DNA of 64,000 nucleotides, from assembly GCA_021613535.1 (NCBI GenBank), contig CP075492.1, positions 15,066,001 to 15,130,000 on the forward strand. The letters run 5' to 3'. Positions within the stretch are counted from its first letter, which is position 1; every line of letters starts with the position of its first letter. The position numbers and the translations under genes are program-made. The notes under the pieces were generated by a model. It was not told the DNA's origin and made no database searches. It worked only from the letters and a program-made list of their open reading frames with translations. The stretch comes from Adineta vaga (Eukaryota; Animalia; Rotifera). Of this stretch, positions 61,504 to 64,000 are shown piece by piece.

Positions 61504-61834
61504 ATATTTTGCCAAATGAATTGTTGATGAAATTATATGGAAAAAAAATAATAAAGAAGGAAAGAAGAAAACGTTGTCAACGACAGAATCGATCGAAGAA
61601 GAAACAGTGTTGTAATCAAGTTGTGTTTCTGTTTCTCTTTTACATAAAATGCTGACGTTGTATGATGTATTGTTTGTTTTTCATCGATTCTCTCAATGTC
61701 ATTTATTCATGACGTCAATTTCAAATTATGTCCTACTAACGATAATATCAAAATAAGTAAGGCATATGTGATAATTCACATCAACAACAAAAAAGGACAT
61801 TTTTTTTACTAAACGAATAGCCGATCTAGATTAA

Positions 61835-63153
61835 TCATGATGTTCTCTTTCGATGACAATTTGACATCAATGTGGGCCGATTGATGTAATCTTCTACTCG
61901 ATAATTGAACAGTCGAAAATCATCTTCATATAGATCTATGAGTTGACAGATTAAATCATCTGGTAGTGTTAAGTAAAACTTCTGATAATCCCATGTAGTA
62001 AGACCTGATGCACCATTTCTTGCCTGGATATTCCAATCAGATAAATTGAAAAGCTTGAGAAAATGAGTGACATGTTTGGTAAATGTTTCATATTTACCAA
62101 TAAAATTATATTTAAATTTACAGACTTGACAAAGTGTAGAATACGGTTGCCAATGATAGTTCATTTGAGCAATTCTTGCAGATGTTTGACTGTCAATAAG
62201 AATATACCGAATAAATGCTTCAAACGAAGGATTAGATCTTAGACAGGAATTTTCTGTTGGTAAGGATGAGCCAGCTATCCTCTGCAGATGCATCTGATAA
62301 TGGCAGATCGCCACACGCATCGCATCGTATTCGGGTTCTGAGTGAATTCTATCTTGTCTAGTGTTGCAATTCTTTCTTTGTAAGCTGATGCAAGACGTTC
62401 GAATGGATGACGAACAAAAATAACTCGAGTGAACGATGGAGAGAATATTTCGGATAAATTAGAAAGTCTATTAAGGCGAAGATAAGGAAATGCAAATGTA
62501 AAACTAAGTCGCCAAGGATTGAGTGGTCGAGAAGGAAATGTTACATTGATACTACCGAATCGAAGAACATTGAGATAGATGCGAAGAAATGCGGCAAGAG
62601 ATTTTGGTGTTTCAGTTTTAGGAATAACAATTCCATTCTAAAAAAAGATTCTTCACGATAATATCACTATTTTTTGTCATACCTGTCGAAGCTCGTCAAT
62701 GAATGTAGAGAAATTGATCATTTGCTCTATTCGAGTTCTTTCCAAACTAATATTTGTCCAATTGTTATCAAGATGTTTATTGATATCAAGCACATGCATG
62801 TAAAGTATAACAGTAAGAAGAGTTTTGGTTGCTACCTTCGGAACAGAACAATACATTAGAGAACGAGATTGTAATACGAAAGTAATCAAATTGACTAACT
62901 GATTTTTCTGTACCAAAATGTCTAAAGATGAATTATTCCTTTTGCATGACGATAAATACGAATAATTTGAGCTTTCGTTAAATTTTTCAAACCAATATGT
63001 ACTTGTTTCTATCATTTTAGTTACTGGTAAATCCACATTCTGCTTAGTGAGAAAATGATCTATGCTACCTTGAAATACAATGATAACAGTGATTAAAGCG
63101 ATTATATATATGTAATATCTCTTGTATAACCCAATAAATATCTTTACAAACAT
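61835..63153 (-). CDS. Carbohydrate sulfotransferase (HNK-1ST/CHST11 family), 2 exons, apparent 1-nt frameshift near 62355
   Basis: Type II TM, YCSVPKVAT (5'-PSB), FVRHPFERLASAY (3'-PB), HWQPYSTLCQVC, FIGKYETF, LYEDDFRLFNY. Confidence 0.85.
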
Positions 63154-63463
63154 TGTACAGACTACGTCGATTTCATAACAATAGTCTTAATTCAGATATC
63201 TAAAAATTGAACGGTTACAAGACTATACTTGCAAACTGATGTTGATGAAAGTGAATTACGATCGTTTTACTACAGTCAAACCGGAGAACAAACAGAATGT
63301 GTACATTTTTAAAGCATGCGGTTTTATTTATTTATTTTGACAATGTTGCGACACATGAGCTCTTCTCATGGATGATGCAGAAATGTCAATAAGAGAAAGA
63401 AATACTTCAATTCATGTTACGAACATAAAATATTGAAAAATTAAAGTACAACAATCATTTGTT

Positions 63464-63933
63464 TCACACAATTGTCTCTGACTGCATCGAAATCTGACCT
63501 TGAGTTGATGATGATGATGGTGCATTGACATATACAAATCGTTGAATAACTGGTTTACGTTTTTTAGATAGTTTCTGACGTCGAAGTCTTTTCCGTTCTT
63601 CATCAACTGGATCAATACCAAAACCGTATTTTAAAATATCCATGACAATAATAAATATTCCTACAATTATCATCGCAATAATTCCAATATAAGCAAATGA
63701 TTTTGAAACAATTCTATAAATAATCATTTTCATTGCAATTATTTCACAATATCGACCATAATAACTTTTACTCAGACATTCACATGTATAATTCAATAGC
63801 ACTGGTCGACAAACACCATTATTTAAACATGTTACATTCTGACAGTAATTGATTTTTGTTTCACACTGTTTCCCTTGCCAACCAAGTTGACATAGACATT
63901 TGAATGTTTCATTAAATACTTCTGTACAAATAC
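63464..63933 (-). CDS. Last exon of a single-pass EGF-repeat membrane protein; upstream exons lie beyond the window
   Basis: Acceptor tttgcag at 63934; CLCQLGWQGKQC and CLNNGVC...YYGRYC, one TM, basic tail. Confidence 0.75.
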
Positions 63934-64000
63934 CTGCAAACGAAATAGATATCTTTAGTTCGATAATGAAAATGCAAATGAAATATACCATCATTCCAAC

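Noticed and set aside
1-64000. Bacterial contamination as the source of the foreign-looking genes; tRNA/rRNA genes; autonomous transposase or RT
   Set aside because: The asnB, UGT, GH19-like and repeat-protein genes carry spliceosomal introns and host-like composition among metazoan genes. I recognised no structural RNA gene or transposase/RT ORF.

Overview
AT-rich, gene-dense eukaryotic DNA with many short (about 45-80 nt) GT-AG introns. The gene content points to a bdelloid rotifer: orphan class-A GPCRs, LDLa/EGF-7TM receptors, ADP-ribosyltransferase(ART)-TPR proteins, F-box relics, several non-metazoan-looking enzymes, and a TGTGGG/TGAGGG telomeric tract. This assignment is inferred, not database-checked. 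There are about 30 genes or gene relics, roughly a third with stops, frameshifts or truncations. Highlights: (1) a microbial-type AsnB amidotransferase whose catalytic N-terminal Cys sits exactly behind an R-10 (MPP+MIP) mitochondrial processing motif; (2) a 38.7-53.6 kb cluster where one receiver-like alpha/beta domain recurs on two ART-TPR proteins, a TRAF and a stand-alone protein, suggesting an undescribed immune signalling module; (3) an interstitial telomeric tract capping a 5'-truncated GPCR; (4) a plant-type UGT with a signal peptide and a C-terminal RTEL; (5) a head-to-head fusion of truncated TrpRS and GH19-like genes; (6) two LicD paralogues with an apparent gene-conversion tract; (7) piggyBac-type MITEs. 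Exon models were built by eye and family calls rest on motif recognition only.
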